DNA of 64,000 nt from a virus: the IMG/VR virus record IMGVR_UViG_3300021373_002801, positions 12,581-76,580 of that record; one strand, written 5' to 3'. The notes under the pieces were generated by a model that was not told the origin of the DNA, did no database searches, and saw nothing but the letters and a program-made list of their open reading frames with translations. Each line of letters starts with the position of its first letter. The stretch's first letter is position 1. This document shows, piece by piece, positions 10,801 to 20,107 of the stretch. Both the position numbers and the translations under genes were made by a program.

Positions 10801-13800
10801 ATCTTGGACCTGCAAATACTTATGGCACAAGCCGACCAACAGCGGGTGCTTATGCATCGTTGGATCCAGGTTGGGGACCAGACGATACAAGAGTCTGGAT
10901 TACAGCACGTTCACCGTATGTACAAAACTGTACAACATTTGGTTATGCAGCAGTTGGTCAAAAAATTGATGGCGCATTACATAACGGCGGCAACGATTCG
11001 ATTGTTAGCAACGACTTTACACAAGTTATATCAGATGGTATAGGTGCATGGATTACAAACAACGGTAGAGGCGAACTTGTTTCGGTGTTTACATATTACT
11101 CACATGTAGGTTATTTGTGTGAGGCAGGCGGACGTATGAGAGCTACAAACGGAAACAACTCATATGGTAAATTTGGATCAGTTGCAGAAGGAGTAGATGC
11201 TGAAGAAACTCCAGTTACAGCAATAGTTGACAACGAGAAACAATATAGAGCAGTCATTGCTAATGTGTTTACAGATGCTGCAAATGAAATACTACAATTA
11301 GAATATTCACATGCAGGAAATGATTATACCGAAGCACAAATAGATATATTTGGTGTAGGTGACAGTGAAACTCTAGTACAAGATGAATTTAGAGATCAAG
11401 GTGTCAATCAAGTAAGAATTATTGAAGTAGATGATTCTACAGGAAATCCAGATGCAACAGCAGGTGGTAGTGGGTATTTACAAGTTACAAACACTGCACA
11501 GACTGGTGATTCAACTAGCTTAACAATAGCAGCTACTGACGGTAGTGCAAGTAGTGCATACATAGGCATGAAACTTTATATTACTTCAGGTGCAGGAGTT
11601 GGATTGTTTGGTATTGTAGATACATACAATTCAGGATCTAAAGTTGCAACTGTTGTAAAAGAATCAGATGGTACAGCAGGTTGGGATCACGTTGTTCCAG
11701 GAACAACATTTGTATCTCCTAATAGTTCATCAATTTACTTGATTGAACCTAGATTGTCATTTACTGGGCCATCTAGAACAGACACTACACACACTATTAC
11801 TAGTGATGTTTGGAACGATGTAAAATTTGTTGAAACATCTGCACAATATAATAATCAAAGTGTTACAACACAAAGTGACGGGGTAAATGCTACATTTGAT
11901 GTTGTTAGAAATGGTTCAAAATATTACGTATCATTAAATTCAGGCGGAACAGGCTACACTAGATTAGATACTGTTACAATACCTGGAACTAGTGTAGGCG
12001 GAGCAACTACAACTAACGATATAACAATAACAATTACAACAGTGAATAGTTCGACCGGTGCTATTGAAGAATTTGACATTGATGGAACAGGACAAAAAGG
12101 TGTATATGTTGCACTACCAGATGGCGGAACAGGAGCACAAACATCAATAGACGGTGCTACTTGGACAAGTTCAACATTGGCAACTAGTGCAGATTATAAA
12201 CGTGTAAGCAACGGTTTGATAGATGATGGTTCAACTACATTCAAACAAAGTTATGCAATAGCAGTTGGGATTACAGGCGGAGCAACAGTTGTAAACTATA
12301 GTTTAAATGGTACAAGTTGGACTGCACCTGGATCACAACCTTCGCTTACAGCGGCAACATATGCTGATACAGCATTTGGACAGATTAATTCAAATACTGG
12401 TAGATTCATAATTATTGGTGATGGCGACAGAGATGTTTCATACTCAGATGATGGTGGCGCTTCCTGGACAACAACTTCAAACGCTTTACCTAGCACAGGA
12501 TTTAGTTCCGTAGCTTACGGGCAAGGAAAGTTCGTTGCTGTAAAACGTGCAGCACAAAATGTTGCATACTCAACAGACGGTGTTACTTGGACTGAAGTTG
12601 CATCAGGTCTCCCTGCAGCAGATGATTGGGAAGATATAACATACGGTAAAGGTAGATTCTTTGCTATTGCAACTGACACAAGAAATGGTGCATTTAGTTT
12701 AGATGCAGGAGCAACTTGGACACAACAAGCCATTACAACAGGCGGCTCTAACACAGCAACACCAAAACGTATTGCTTACGGACAAGGTGTATTTGTTGTT
12801 ACAACAACTGACACTAACGAGCTATCATATAGCGAAGATGGTGTATACTGGCCTACTCCTTATGCAATTACAGGTGCAACATATACAGGTGGACTAAATG
12901 CAGTTGGATTTGGAAATAATAATAGTGATCCAAAATTTGTAGCTATACAAACAGGAACAACTACAGCAGTTGGTAACTTTAACATAGGCTGTACTACAAA
13001 AGCTAGAGCTAGTGTTGCAAACCAAAAAATATTCGCAGCAAGAATTACAGAGCCAGGATCAGGTTATGGAAGCACTGCACCTACAATGACTATAACTGAT
13101 CCAAACAATATTAACGAGGCATTATTTACTGTTAGATTAAACAACGGTATATTAGGACAGCCAACATTTATTGCTAGAGGTAATGGTTTCATATCAGCTA
13201 GTGGTGAAATAAACACAGACAACAGCAATGGTTTTGCTGATTTCCTACAAGACGGACAATTTGTTGCAGTTAGACAACTATCAGCTGTTCCTGTAAATGG
13301 TTCAAACGTTGTGTTTGATAGCTTACCGGGGACTGTATTTAAACTTGTTAACGTAGTTAGTAGAGTTGGTACAAAAGACGGTTCTTATACTGCATTCTTA
13401 CAATTATCACCTAATATGGAAATTGAAGATGCTGTACCTAACGGTGACGGTGTTACTATGCGTATTAGATTTAGTCAGGTACGTCTAACAGGACACGACT
13501 TCTTAGATATTGGTACAGGAAACTTTGACGATACAAATTATCCGAATAATGTTTACGGAGATCCAGTTAATACTCCATCGCAGTTAAATGAAACAGTAGC
13601 ATCGAACGGTGGTAGGGTATTCTTTACAAGTACTGACCAAGATGGTAACTTTAGAGTGGGCGATTTGTTTAGTATTGAACAGGCAACAGGTGTTGCGACA
13701 TTGAATGCAGATGCATTTAACATTGCAGGACTTCAAGAATTATCACTAGGTGAAGTTACACTAGGCGGAAACTCTGCAAGTGTTACAGAATTTAGTACAG

Positions 13801-14048
13801 ATCCTTTCTTTACTGCAAACAGTGATAATATTGTACCTACGCAACGTGCAATTAAATCATATATTGAGGCACAAATTGGTGGTGGTGGTGCATCACTAGT
13901 AGTTAACAGTGTAACAGCTGGCGACATCTTTATTAATAGTACACAAATTACTACGGTAAGTGGCGCAACGATAAATATAAAAGCAAATGTAAACTTTACA
14001 AAAAGTGTATTAGGTTTACCACTGGCTTATAATTACTTTTTAAGATAG
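7866..14048 (+). CDS. Giant virion structural protein; C-terminal half of the split homolog of 54295..61395 (beta-helix with inserted helical KCxRD repeats, Asp-box propeller region)
   Basis: 2060 aa. GGAGG at 7855-7859 precedes the ATG. Ends VLGLPLAYNYFLR, identical to the end of the 2366-aa ORF. Confidence 0.85.
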   Translation: MATIFETITSLNKIITDAVTAGVATDIPSRIIRNTLIKVSTGKYYEVLPIIVPAECCIIGDELRSTNVQPRKASNSSLTPTTDFNYTYHSLSRIEAVIGDIVSGVSVTPTTGNTRTQVRSWPYAETEGPKKAAKQLARTIRRRVDIGLADKFEANLTPSYDMDDPNYGYAREALKLNKKFLQEEVIAYIKANYPNLNYSRTKCKQDTGFVIDAIGYDLTYGGNWQTVRAGEAYYEGTNLQINSSEKTATVAAYGYLKSIAQSVSRNTPVTPVLNTVTTQLTPPKVGSVAAATTIAGLFDDFINIVNTGSGAETIVYPPLTNVSQSLQDASLTLVNAKASVQKTTIDFINGHFGNFQYNSAKCRRDLDNIITDTSYDVALGTNYNAVFNGRAYNRPNNNYNLQTQRIETVGAIRNARDELKISVTTDGSSAVGSSNASTRIQTAYDEIVDMINNGLDAENALSFPSPTGVDQNRVDAKDNLIANRTFIQEDTVAYVNNTYGSLVYNEGKCKRDVGYIVDALCYDILYGGTQATTRIAESYFVDGNTQVYGQETETVAAYNHAKSIIGDIVKEVSVTAQSGHTELQTTPGTPATATEETELDAKIDIITAAITAGNLNSLPAPVYPSITWADAEYEVAHSNILSDKQDVITSTIQFINTTYNTTFNYNQAKCSRDIGLLIDAARYDFMLGTNFASINAGLSYLRAPSKKVLGLQKDATLAANEYVRTQLVAAVAGNATAVAGINDGWDWIQDIIFSGSNEGSINQTTDIEAYNAIRQLELNKEFIVDEALAFVDNKFKDTVLGMVMTEELGPPVVDGQFIISDTSWMFEGMPIKFTAGDDSSDSVENANLVEDQTYYVKHIYSSTNFSISETQYGTLYSTTNWGQGFQVEKVYNYNRALCQRDVREHIDAIKWDMTWPQEQFRTYNKFGFDVSLYLPGMYRTNLGARYYVNSVIGSQEEDFYYLRNGTGLRLQTLEGLQGDLGPANTYGTSRPTAGAYASLDPGWGPDDTRVWITARSPYVQNCTTFGYAAVGQKIDGALHNGGNDSIVSNDFTQVISDGIGAWITNNGRGELVSVFTYYSHVGYLCEAGGRMRATNGNNSYGKFGSVAEGVDAEETPVTAIVDNEKQYRAVIANVFTDAANEILQLEYSHAGNDYTEAQIDIFGVGDSETLVQDEFRDQGVNQVRIIEVDDSTGNPDATAGGSGYLQVTNTAQTGDSTSLTIAATDGSASSAYIGMKLYITSGAGVGLFGIVDTYNSGSKVATVVKESDGTAGWDHVVPGTTFVSPNSSSIYLIEPRLSFTGPSRTDTTHTITSDVWNDVKFVETSAQYNNQSVTTQSDGVNATFDVVRNGSKYYVSLNSGGTGYTRLDTVTIPGTSVGGATTTNDITITITTVNSSTGAIEEFDIDGTGQKGVYVALPDGGTGAQTSIDGATWTSSTLATSADYKRVSNGLIDDGSTTFKQSYAIAVGITGGATVVNYSLNGTSWTAPGSQPSLTAATYADTAFGQINSNTGRFIIIGDGDRDVSYSDDGGASWTTTSNALPSTGFSSVAYGQGKFVAVKRAAQNVAYSTDGVTWTEVASGLPAADDWEDITYGKGRFFAIATDTRNGAFSLDAGATWTQQAITTGGSNTATPKRIAYGQGVFVVTTTDTNELSYSEDGVYWPTPYAITGATYTGGLNAVGFGNNNSDPKFVAIQTGTTTAVGNFNIGCTTKARASVANQKIFAARITEPGSGYGSTAPTMTITDPNNINEALFTVRLNNGILGQPTFIARGNGFISASGEINTDNSNGFADFLQDGQFVAVRQLSAVPVNGSNVVFDSLPGTVFKLVNVVSRVGTKDGSYTAFLQLSPNMEIEDAVPNGDGVTMRIRFSQVRLTGHDFLDIGTGNFDDTNYPNNVYGDPVNTPSQLNETVASNGGRVFFTSTDQDGNFRVGDLFSIEQATGVATLNADAFNIAGLQELSLGEVTLGGNSASVTEFSTDPFFTANSDNIVPTQRAIKSYIEAQIGGGGASLVVNSVTAGDIFINSTQITTVSGATINIKANVNFTKSVLGLPLAYNYFLR
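13970..13977 (+). promoter_or_regulatory. Late promoter-like box GATAAATA embedded in the 3' end of the CDS
   Basis: About 85 nt upstream of 14061. Conserved at the equivalent position of the paralog (61317). Confidence 0.55.
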
Positions 14049-14060
14049 GAGAAAAAAGAA

Positions 14061-14384
14061 ATGGCAACAGGAATATTAGGTACACCGGCAGATATGCCGG
14101 CAACCACAAACACCACAATCTATACTGTACCAGCTGACAATTTTGCTATTGTATCTATTAATGTTACAAATAGAGCAGGAAGTACACGTGATGTACGTAT
14201 TGCACTAGCAGCAAGTGATACACCAACTGATGCTGAATGGATAGAATACGATACAGAAATAGTTGCAAACGGTACACTTGAGCGTAGCGGTATTGTTTTA
14301 GATGCAACAAAAAAAGTTGTAGCATACGTAAACAGTACAGATGTAACTGTCATGGTGTATGGTATAGAAACAGCGACAGCGTAA
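14061..14384 (+). CDS. Small (107 aa) virion-module protein, paralog of 61417..61752
   Basis: AGGAG RBS; MATGILG...VMVYGIETAT shared with the 111-aa ORF. Confidence 0.85.
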   Translation: MATGILGTPADMPATTNTTIYTVPADNFAIVSINVTNRAGSTRDVRIALAASDTPTDAEWIEYDTEIVANGTLERSGIVLDATKKVVAYVNSTDVTVMVYGIETATA

Positions 14385-14394
14385 GGAGCAAATA

Positions 14395-15201
14395 ATGCGT
14401 AGAATAACAACAGGTATAGTAGGCGGACCAATATTAGGACAGTTATCAGCTTTCCAAAATAACGTTTCTGGTGTTGTTACTAACCAAGATATTACTTTGT
14501 CTCCAAGCGGAACTGGTATAGTAAAAGTGAATTCACATTTACAGTTGCAAGGCCAAGCGGATTTAAGACTAGGTGATGCAGATAGTACACATTATGTAGG
14601 CTTTCAGGCAGAATCATCTATATCTACAAGTGTAGTTTATACAATGCCAGCAACAGGCCAATCAGCTGGTTACGTACTACAAACTGACGGTAGTGGTGTA
14701 CTAAGTTGGACAAGCCCGGCTCTAGACATTACTGATCAAGTAGCTGCTACAGCAACATACTATCCTGCTATACTAAGTGCTACTAGCGGCGAAACAACTG
14801 TTTTAAACACATCAAGTTCTAAGCTAACATTCCAACCAAGTACAGGTAATTTTACAGTTTCAGGACAGGTAAGTGGCGGCAGTGCATCGTTTACAAACAA
14901 TATGAGTGCAGGATCAATTACTGAAACATCAAGTATTGTGTTAAAAGAAAATATAACTCCTATCGAAGACGCACTTGATGCAATATTAAAACTTACTGGA
15001 AAAGTATACGATCGTAAAGACGGAAGTTCATACAACGAAGTTGGGTTAATTGCAGAAGAAGTTAACGAAGTAATACCAAATGTTGTAAAGAAAGACGCAA
15101 AAGGAAACACAGAATCTATATACTATTCTAGGTTAAGTGCATATTTAATTGAAGCAGTGAAGGCACTAAAGACTGAAGTAGATAGCTTAAAAGGAAAATA
15201 A
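14395..15201 (+). CDS. Tail fibre/spike protein with C-terminal peptidase S74-type intramolecular chaperone
   Basis: ETSSIVLKENI...GLIAEEV...YSRLSAYLIEAVKALKTEVDSLK is a typical S74 chaperone with coiled-coil end. AAGGAG RBS. Paralog of 61763..62620. Confidence 0.8.
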   Translation: MRRITTGIVGGPILGQLSAFQNNVSGVVTNQDITLSPSGTGIVKVNSHLQLQGQADLRLGDADSTHYVGFQAESSISTSVVYTMPATGQSAGYVLQTDGSGVLSWTSPALDITDQVAATATYYPAILSATSGETTVLNTSSSKLTFQPSTGNFTVSGQVSGGSASFTNNMSAGSITETSSIVLKENITPIEDALDAILKLTGKVYDRKDGSSYNEVGLIAEEVNEVIPNVVKKDAKGNTESIYYSRLSAYLIEAVKALKTEVDSLKGK

Positions 15202-16266
15202 ATGGCACAGTTTAATCTCCAAACATCGTTTGATGAACTTACACTAGCAACAGGAACAACTGCCCAAAGACCAGGCGCTCCAGTAAATGGTATGATAAGA
15301 TACAATACCACTATAAGTTTGTTAGAGTTTTATGATGGATCAAATTGGAGACCTGTAACAGGATTTTCACAAGGTAATATTGGCTCAGGTGGACAAAGTA
15401 TACTAAAAAAAGGAAATAGTATTGTTCATATGTTTACCACCACAGGCAACCACACATTTACTCCTGCTCACTCAGGATACGTACAAGTATTAGTAGTAGG
15501 TGGCGGTGGCGGAACTGGCGGCGGCTGGACTGGTGGCGGCGGCGGTGGCGGAATGATTTTTAACAGATCATTCCCTGTAAGCGCAGGTTCAGGATATGGC
15601 ATAACTGTAGGCGGCGGCGCAGGCCGTGGTTCACGTAGTAATGGTGGCAATAGTGTATTTTCAACCATCACAGCAAATGGTGGCGGCTACGGCGGCTGGT
15701 GGTCCGGCGGTGATGCTGCTCCCGGCGGATCCGGCGGAGGTGGAGGAAACTCTAGTGCAGACGGAAGTAGACGCAGAGAGCCAGGCGGCTTAGGAGTTAC
15801 AGGACAAGGCTTTCCAGGAGGAAGCGGTGTAAGATTCCATGATGACGGAACAAATACTCACAATGGCGGAGGTGGTGGAGGTGCTGGCGGACCAGGACTA
15901 GACAGCCAAGACGAAGCACAAGGTCAACCGACACACGGGGGTCCAGGTGCAGCATCAGACATATTAGGCGATACCCTTTATTGGGGTGGCGGTGGCGCAA
16001 GCGGACCACACATCTGTGATGGTGGCGGTGGCAACGGCGGCGTTGGCGGCGGAGGAGGAGGAGCTGCACACTATGTTCCTAGATATCCAACTGTTGGTAA
16101 CGGACGTGGTGGCGGACAAAGTTTAAACAAAGGGCAAAATGCAACTAACAATGACGGTCATGCAAGATATGGAGGCGATGGAGCAGCTAATACTGGCGGT
16201 GGTGGCGCACATGGCGGATCAGGTCATGGCGGTGGTGGCTCTGGTATAGTTGTAGTGAGGTACTAA
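15202..16266 (+). CDS. Glycine-rich (polyglycine-II type) adhesin/tail-tip-like protein 1
   Basis: N-terminal GTTAQRP...GMIRYNT module, VLVVGGGGG, Gly runs, C-terminal GSGIVVVRY. Confidence 0.75.
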   Translation: MAQFNLQTSFDELTLATGTTAQRPGAPVNGMIRYNTTISLLEFYDGSNWRPVTGFSQGNIGSGGQSILKKGNSIVHMFTTTGNHTFTPAHSGYVQVLVVGGGGGTGGGWTGGGGGGGMIFNRSFPVSAGSGYGITVGGGAGRGSRSNGGNSVFSTITANGGGYGGWWSGGDAAPGGSGGGGGNSSADGSRRREPGGLGVTGQGFPGGSGVRFHDDGTNTHNGGGGGGAGGPGLDSQDEAQGQPTHGGPGAASDILGDTLYWGGGGASGPHICDGGGGNGGVGGGGGGAAHYVPRYPTVGNGRGGGQSLNKGQNATNNDGHARYGGDGAANTGGGGAHGGSGHGGGGSGIVVVRY

Positions 16267-16267
16267 T

Positions 16268-17404
16268 ATGGCAGATTTAAAAAATACAATAATTAATGAC
16301 ACAGGATTTTTAACACTTCCAGTGGGTAATACAGCTCAAAGACCGTCGCCTGCATCTGGAATGATACGTTTAAACAATTCTAATAACTTAATGGAATTTT
16401 ACGATAGCGGTGGCTGGCGACCAATCACTGGAGTTTCAAAAGGAAGTATTGGCTCAGGTGGACAAAGTATACTATACAACGCAAGTCATTCCGGAAAACA
16501 CGGTGGCGTTTTACACATATTTACAACCACAGGAAACCATACATTTACACCTGCATTTAGTGGAACAGTAGAAGTTCTAGTAGTAGGTGGAGGCGCATCT
16601 GGCGGCGGACACTTAGGTGGTGGCGGAGGTGCTGGCGGAATGATTTTCAACAGAGCATATCCGGTATCAAACGGAAGCGGAATAAACGTCACTGTTGGTA
16701 CTGGAGGACCTGCTAATAACTACGGAAGATCACCTCCAGGTTTCCAAGGTGGAAACAGTGTATTTGGATCACTTACTGCTGATGGCGGTGGAGGAGGAGG
16801 ATCATGGGACGGCAACGCAGCTCGAGCAGGTGGCTCAGGAGGCGGAGGTTGTACTGGTTCTAACGGAAACGGATCAAACGGACACACTGGACCAAACAAT
16901 AGTCGTAACACCAACATGGGCGGTCGTGGAGTAACTGGCGAAGGCTTTCCTGGAGGCTCAGGCATAAGATTTAACAGACAAGGTGAAGATTCACACAAAG
17001 CCGGCGGCGGAGGTGGCGCTGGTGGACCTGGATGGAGTTCAGAAGATGATTGTCACGAAGGACGTAATGGATCAGGTGGCCCAGGCGCAGCAAATGATAT
17101 ACTAGGATACACGCTTTATTGGGCAGGTGGTGGTGGCGGAGCATGCCATGTAGGAAATGAAACACACGGTTCGTCGGGTGGTATTGGTGGAGGCGGAGGT
17201 GGTACTATGAACCACGGACAGCCAAGAAGACCTCCAGGAGGTAAAAGCAGTACTGGCGGCGGCTATGCTTACAACAACGGTGGTGGAGTTAATTCAAGCG
17301 GTTATGAAGGTGGCACAGCAGGTGCAAACACAGGTAGCGGATCAGGCGGAGCATATGGCTCAGCTAAAATTGGAGGCACTGGAATAGTGATAGTAAGGTA
17401 CTAA
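16268..17404 (+). CDS. Glycine-rich adhesin/tail-tip-like protein 2
   Basis: Same architecture as protein 1; ends GTGIVIVRY. Confidence 0.75.
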   Translation: MADLKNTIINDTGFLTLPVGNTAQRPSPASGMIRLNNSNNLMEFYDSGGWRPITGVSKGSIGSGGQSILYNASHSGKHGGVLHIFTTTGNHTFTPAFSGTVEVLVVGGGASGGGHLGGGGGAGGMIFNRAYPVSNGSGINVTVGTGGPANNYGRSPPGFQGGNSVFGSLTADGGGGGGSWDGNAARAGGSGGGGCTGSNGNGSNGHTGPNNSRNTNMGGRGVTGEGFPGGSGIRFNRQGEDSHKAGGGGGAGGPGWSSEDDCHEGRNGSGGPGAANDILGYTLYWAGGGGGACHVGNETHGSSGGIGGGGGGTMNHGQPRRPPGGKSSTGGGYAYNNGGGVNSSGYEGGTAGANTGSGSGGAYGSAKIGGTGIVIVRY

Positions 17405-17405
17405 T

Positions 17406-18542
17406 ATGGCAGATTTAAAAAATACAACAATAGGTACAACAAATGCAGTTGAACTTCCGGATCAAAATTTATCAGCTACAACAGGTTCTGCAAAACTTAG
17501 ATTTAACACTACTGGTAGTTTAAATGCATTAGAGTTTTATGATGGATCAAATTGGAGACCTGTGACAGGATACAGTCAAGGTATTGTAGGTACAGGCGGA
17601 CAAACTATTAACTATACTGATCACGGTATTGTGCATATATTTACTACCACAGGAAACCATACATTTACACCATCTTTTACAGGTAATGTACAAGTAATGG
17701 TAGTAGGTGGCGGTGGTGCTAGTGGTTATGATTGGTCCGGCGGTGGCGGCGGTGGTGGAGTTATCTTTAACAGATCATTTCCAGTAAGCGCAGGCAGTGG
17801 TTATAATGTTACAGTAGGTGCAGAAGGCCGTGGAGGAAACGGCGCAGGAGGATCACCTACGATTGCAGGCCAAAACGGAGGTAATAGTGTATTTTCAACT
17901 ATAACTGCTCAAGGCGGTGGCGGAGGTGGCTCTTGGCGTAACGGTTCGCCACAGGGTTATGATAATGGACACTCGTCTGGACGTACAGGTGGATCAGGCG
18001 GTGGCGGCAGTAATTCTAGAGACGATGGAAGTAGGCGTAGACACTTAGGTGGCAGGGATACAGACGGTCAAGGTTATCCAGGTGGATCTGGTGTTAGATT
18101 TAATGCTAATAGTGAAAACGCTCACTTAGGTGGCGGTGGTGGTGGAGCCGGCGGCGGCGGCGCAAGTGCACCTGACGGTCGTCAAAACTATAGAGGAAGT
18201 TTTCGTGGAAATCAAATTTCGGGCGGAGCAGGCCGTGCTACAGACTTGCTTGGTGGAACATTATATTTTGGTGCTGGCGGAGCAGGTGGTGGACACCTAG
18301 GTTGGAATGTTAATGGCAATGCTGGAGGCATTGGCGGTGGAGGTGGAGGTAGTTTCCATCACAGCGGACCTTATGGTGGACCAAGAAAGATTGGCCAAGG
18401 TGGCGGACAAAGTCTTAATAACGGCCAAGATGGATTTCCAACAGCACGTGGCGGCTCAGGCGGATCACACACCGGCAGCGGTGGCGGTGGCGGACAATGG
18501 GGATATCCAGGCGGTAACGGTGTTGTTATAGTTAGATATTAA
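17406..18542 (+). CDS. Glycine-rich adhesin/tail-tip-like protein 3
   Basis: Same architecture as protein 1; ends GNGVVIVRY. Confidence 0.75.
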   Translation: MADLKNTTIGTTNAVELPDQNLSATTGSAKLRFNTTGSLNALEFYDGSNWRPVTGYSQGIVGTGGQTINYTDHGIVHIFTTTGNHTFTPSFTGNVQVMVVGGGGASGYDWSGGGGGGGVIFNRSFPVSAGSGYNVTVGAEGRGGNGAGGSPTIAGQNGGNSVFSTITAQGGGGGGSWRNGSPQGYDNGHSSGRTGGSGGGGSNSRDDGSRRRHLGGRDTDGQGYPGGSGVRFNANSENAHLGGGGGGAGGGGASAPDGRQNYRGSFRGNQISGGAGRATDLLGGTLYFGAGGAGGGHLGWNVNGNAGGIGGGGGGSFHHSGPYGGPRKIGQGGGQSLNNGQDGFPTARGGSGGSHTGSGGGGGQWGYPGGNGVVIVRY

Positions 18543-20107
18543 TCGTTATAAAAGTTTTCTTTTAAGAACGCATACAAAGATGGAACATGTTTAATTGCAT
18601 TGTTCCATTTTTCTTTGCGTTGATCTAAGTTGTCTATCATATCTTTAAACTCGGATTTTTTATCTATGTGTTTAGGGAATATTTTGTTCAACACAGTAAC
18701 ATCGTTTGCATTCCAATTCATACCTGCCGCCAAACAGTTTACTCCGTCATCGTCTTGTAGGAAATCAACAAAGTTTTTTTGGTAAATGCTTTGATAATAT
18801 AGTCCTTGTGTTTGTAAATTATTTAACGCTGGCATAAGATTGGTATAGCTCTTTTGTGTAATATCTTTCCAATATTTACTGTCATTTCTATGACTTAATG
18901 CATAGTGCATACTTACGAAATTTGCCCAATAGTTAAATGTATCGTCGCATACAAGATTAAATTCGTCTCTATCCCATTGACTAATGCTGTTAGATCTTAC
19001 TAACATTCTTACTAAATTTGTTGCAAAATCGTGGGTAGTAAGTAAGCCTGTACTTTCTAAAGGCTCAATAAATCCTGCACTTAATCCTATAGCTACAACA
19101 TTCTTAACCCAAAGTTTTTCATGTATGCCTACTCTCATCTCAATATCTTTAAAAGTGCAATTAGATGTATCATATCCTTTACTGTTAAGATGTGTTATAA
19201 AATCAATTTTTGCTTGTTTGGGATTTATATAATTATCGCTATAAACATACCCAGTACCAATCCTTGACCATAAAGGAATATTCCAGACCCAACCATTTTC
19301 TAATGCACTACAGTCTGTTACACTATCTAGTTGTTTTTCCTTATCAGTGTAATCTACTCTTGTTGCCCATGCTCTATTATTTGGTAAAATATGTTCATAA
19401 CTTTTAAAAGGAACTTTCATCGCTTTACCTAGTAATAAACTATTGAAGCCTGTACAGTCTATAAATAAATCTCCAAATATTTTATCGCCATTGTCTAATA
19501 CTATGCTATCAATGCCTATATCTGATTTATTACAAGTAACAACTTCCCCATTTACATATTTTACTCCTAAGTTTTTACAAAATTTATCTCTAAGCCATAT
19601 ACCTAATTTAGCAGCATCAAAATGAAAAGCAGTATCATTATAAAAATCAAATCCTTTTAAATCAGGATGATCAACAAGCATTTTATTTTCTTTTACTAAT
19701 GACATTTGAGGATAGTAACAATCTACGTAATCATCTGAAGGCGTTTCTGGATATAAAGTTTTTTTAATAAACCAATCATCTCTTTGGTGCATACAATTAT
19801 CAAATAACGGCTGTCCAAAGGGATAATACCAAGACCCGCTGTCATGTTTATGAAAGTTATTAAATTTTATAGCAAGTTTGTAACTTGCATCTGTTTCTTT
19901 TACAAAATCTTTATCGTGTATTCCTACCATCCTTAACCAAGCACGTATTCCTCCTACTGTACTTTCGCCAACTCCCACTGTAGGTATATTAGGACTTTCT
20001 ACTACAGTAATATTAACATTGTTAATCTGAGATGCTATTGTAGCGGCAGTCATCCATCCGGCACTACCTCCTCCCACTATAATAATATCTTGTATATCAC
20101 TGCTCAT
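18539..20107 (-). CDS. Flavin-dependent halogenase (tryptophan halogenase/PrnA family)
   Basis: GGGSAGW FAD motif, VGVGEST, ASYKLAI (catalytic Lys position), GWVWNIP, GFIEPLESTG. Confidence 0.9.
   Translation of the reverse strand: MSSDIQDIIIVGGGSAGWMTAATIASQINNVNITVVESPNIPTVGVGESTVGGIRAWLRMVGIHDKDFVKETDASYKLAIKFNNFHKHDSGSWYYPFGQPLFDNCMHQRDDWFIKKTLYPETPSDDYVDCYYPQMSLVKENKMLVDHPDLKGFDFYNDTAFHFDAAKLGIWLRDKFCKNLGVKYVNGEVVTCNKSDIGIDSIVLDNGDKIFGDLFIDCTGFNSLLLGKAMKVPFKSYEHILPNNRAWATRVDYTDKEKQLDSVTDCSALENGWVWNIPLWSRIGTGYVYSDNYINPKQAKIDFITHLNSKGYDTSNCTFKDIEMRVGIHEKLWVKNVVAIGLSAGFIEPLESTGLLTTHDFATNLVRMLVRSNSISQWDRDEFNLVCDDTFNYWANFVSMHYALSHRNDSKYWKDITQKSYTNLMPALNNLQTQGLYYQSIYQKNFVDFLQDDDGVNCLAAGMNWNANDVTVLNKIFPKHIDKKSEFKDMIDNLDQRKEKWNNAIKHVPSLYAFLKENFYND

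Noticed and set aside
15202-18542. Collagen-like proteins, or diversity-generating retroelement targets
   Set aside because: Gly occurs in runs, not Gly-X-Y triplets. No reverse transcriptase and no template/variable repeat pair differing only at adenines was seen.
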